From the IMG/VR virus record IMGVR_UViG_3300020576_001727, positions 39,062 through 103,061 of that record: a stretch of DNA of 64,000 nt, one strand, 5' to 3'. The notes under the pieces are model-generated. The model saw only the letters and a list, made by a program, of their open reading frames with translations, ran no database searches and was not told the origin of the DNA. The translations under genes were made by a program, and so were the position numbers. Source of the stretch: a virus (taxonomy: Duplodnaviria; Heunggongvirae; Uroviricota; Caudoviricetes). Positions 62,839 to 64,000 of this stretch are shown in pieces. Position 1 is the first letter of the stretch, and each line of letters opens with the position of its first letter.

Positions 62839-64000
62839 ATGAAGCTTGATTTGAGTAACAGCCGCGTTCAGGCGGCAAAATCTGGACTAGCTCGCCTTCT
62901 TGCGAATGAAGGGCTTAAGATCAAATGGCAGATGGGTATTTCAACCGCCGCATTTGATACAAAGACTCGTGCCATTTATATGCCGATTTGGAACAATGCG
63001 CTTCCCGAATTGGTCGATATGCTTTGCATTCACGAAACCGGTCATGCCTTGCACACAAAGGCTGATCCGGAAGCTTTGACCAAGCGAATCAATGCCAAGA
63101 CCAAAGATGCAATCCAGACGATTCATACTGTTTGGAATGTCTTGGAAGATATTCGCATCAATGAACTCCAAAAGATCAAATATCCGGGTTCCCGGCACGA
63201 TTTCCATGTTGGCTATAAGGAACGCTATAAGCGTAATGATTATGGCGGCAACATCGATTTCATCAATAATCAGTCGTTTGTTGATCGCTTGAATGTGCAT
63301 TTCAAGGTTCCGGGGGTGATGGTAAAGTTCAATCCCGAAGAAGAAGCACTTGTCAAGCGAATTGGCAAGATTTGCACAGAAAATGAAGTCGAATCAATGA
63401 TTTATGAAGTGCTGGACATTCTGCGAAAGCAGCAACAGTCCAGTGCGCTTTCTCCCAATGATGGCAATCAGGGGGAGGAAGAATCCGGAATGAAAATTGG
63501 TGTTCTCACCAACAAGAAGCCGAAGAAAGGTGATGAACAGGAAGAATCCGAATCCTATGATGATCTTGATGCATTGATTGATATGCGTGATGAAGAATCA
63601 GACGAAGATGAATCCGGCGACAAAGACGATGCATCCGGTGACGATGGTTCTGACGGTTCGGAAGAATCTGACGGCAAGGACTCGGGCAAGTCCAAGGATG
63701 GAAAATCTGAAAAAGACGGCGATAAGAAGTCTGGCAAGGGTGACTCCAAGGAAGGTGATAAAGACGACGAATCGGATGATGGTGAAGGTTCCGGCAAGGA
63801 TGGAAAATCCGAAAAGGAAACCAAGACCGAATCCAAGGGCGGTGGAAAAGGCGCTGGTTTGGGTAAGCCTCTGCCAATCATCAAATTCGTGACTGTCGAG
63901 AGTGAAAACGCTAGTCTCGAAAAATATATCATGAAAGCGGGACGCGGCGTTCAAATGCCAGAAGATTATGAAGATAGGAAAGTCAGACCTATTGATATCA
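62839..64000 (+). CDS. CobT-like HEXXH metallopeptidase-domain protein with an acidic linker, truncated at the right edge
   Basis: LARLLANE...TAAFD...R...P.W...DML..HETGHAL.T...N..ED.RI, then a long D/E/K/G-rich linker. Absent from the ORF track because it has no stop in the window. Confidence 0.75.
   Translation, partial: MKLDLSNSRVQAAKSGLARLLANEGLKIKWQMGISTAAFDTKTRAIYMPIWNNALPELVDMLCIHETGHALHTKADPEALTKRINAKTKDAIQTIHTVWNVLEDIRINELQKIKYPGSRHDFHVGYKERYKRNDYGGNIDFINNQSFVDRLNVHFKVPGVMVKFNPEEEALVKRIGKICTENEVESMIYEVLDILRKQQQSSALSPNDGNQGEEESGMKIGVLTNKKPKKGDEQEESESYDDLDALIDMRDEESDEDESGDKDDASGDDGSDGSEESDGKDSGKSKDGKSEKDGDKKSGKGDSKEGDKDDESDDGEGSGKDGKSEKETKTESKGGGKGAGLGKPLPIIKFVTVESENASLEKYIMKAGRGVQMPEDYEDRKVRPIDI

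Noticed and set aside
1-64000. tRNA, rRNA, integrase, transposase or att sites, and the many short ORF-track entries antisense to or nested in the called genes
   Set aside because: No cloverleaf/T-loop or recombinase motifs were seen by eye (tRNAscan and Infernal would be decisive). The nested ORFs lack SDs and motifs and are explained as shadow frames.

Overview
This window is part of a large T4-like myovirus genome with no RNA genes, CRISPR array or integrase seen. From left to right it holds: a cluster of small early genes (1-6.8 kb); a minus-strand tail-tube and tape-measure block (gp29-like, gp51, gp26, gp54-like, gp2, gp4); the baseplate, fibre, neck, packaging, tail and head genes (gp48, 53, hub, split gp5, PAAR, 25, 6, 7, 8, split VrlC-like, 13-23); and the recombination and late-transcription block (gp3, uvsY, uvsW, gp55, DNA methyltransferase, gp47, gp46). 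Five intact homing-endonuclease genes and one remnant are interspersed. Early promoters read TTGACA-N17-TATATT, often with GC just before the -10; this suggests an alphaproteobacterial host (inference only). Late promoters read NATAAATA. The most notable signals are: (1) a -1 frameshift cassette (T TTT TTC, 7-nt spacer, 9-bp hairpin) joining gp26 to a start-less gp51 just upstream of the tape measure; (2) a gp5 OB-fold fused to a coiled-coil fibre with two tip domains, with the needle encoded separately; (3) early promoters whose -35 box lies in a terminator loop; (4) late-promoter/hairpin translational switches and apparently leaderless late mRNAs; (5) an orphan perfect sigma70 promoter firing antisense into a structured spacer before gp55; (6) a +1 frameshift in gp47 and an apparent ATC start in gp14; (7) five diverged paralogues after gp23. 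All assignments come from motif recognition and gene order, and no database search was run.
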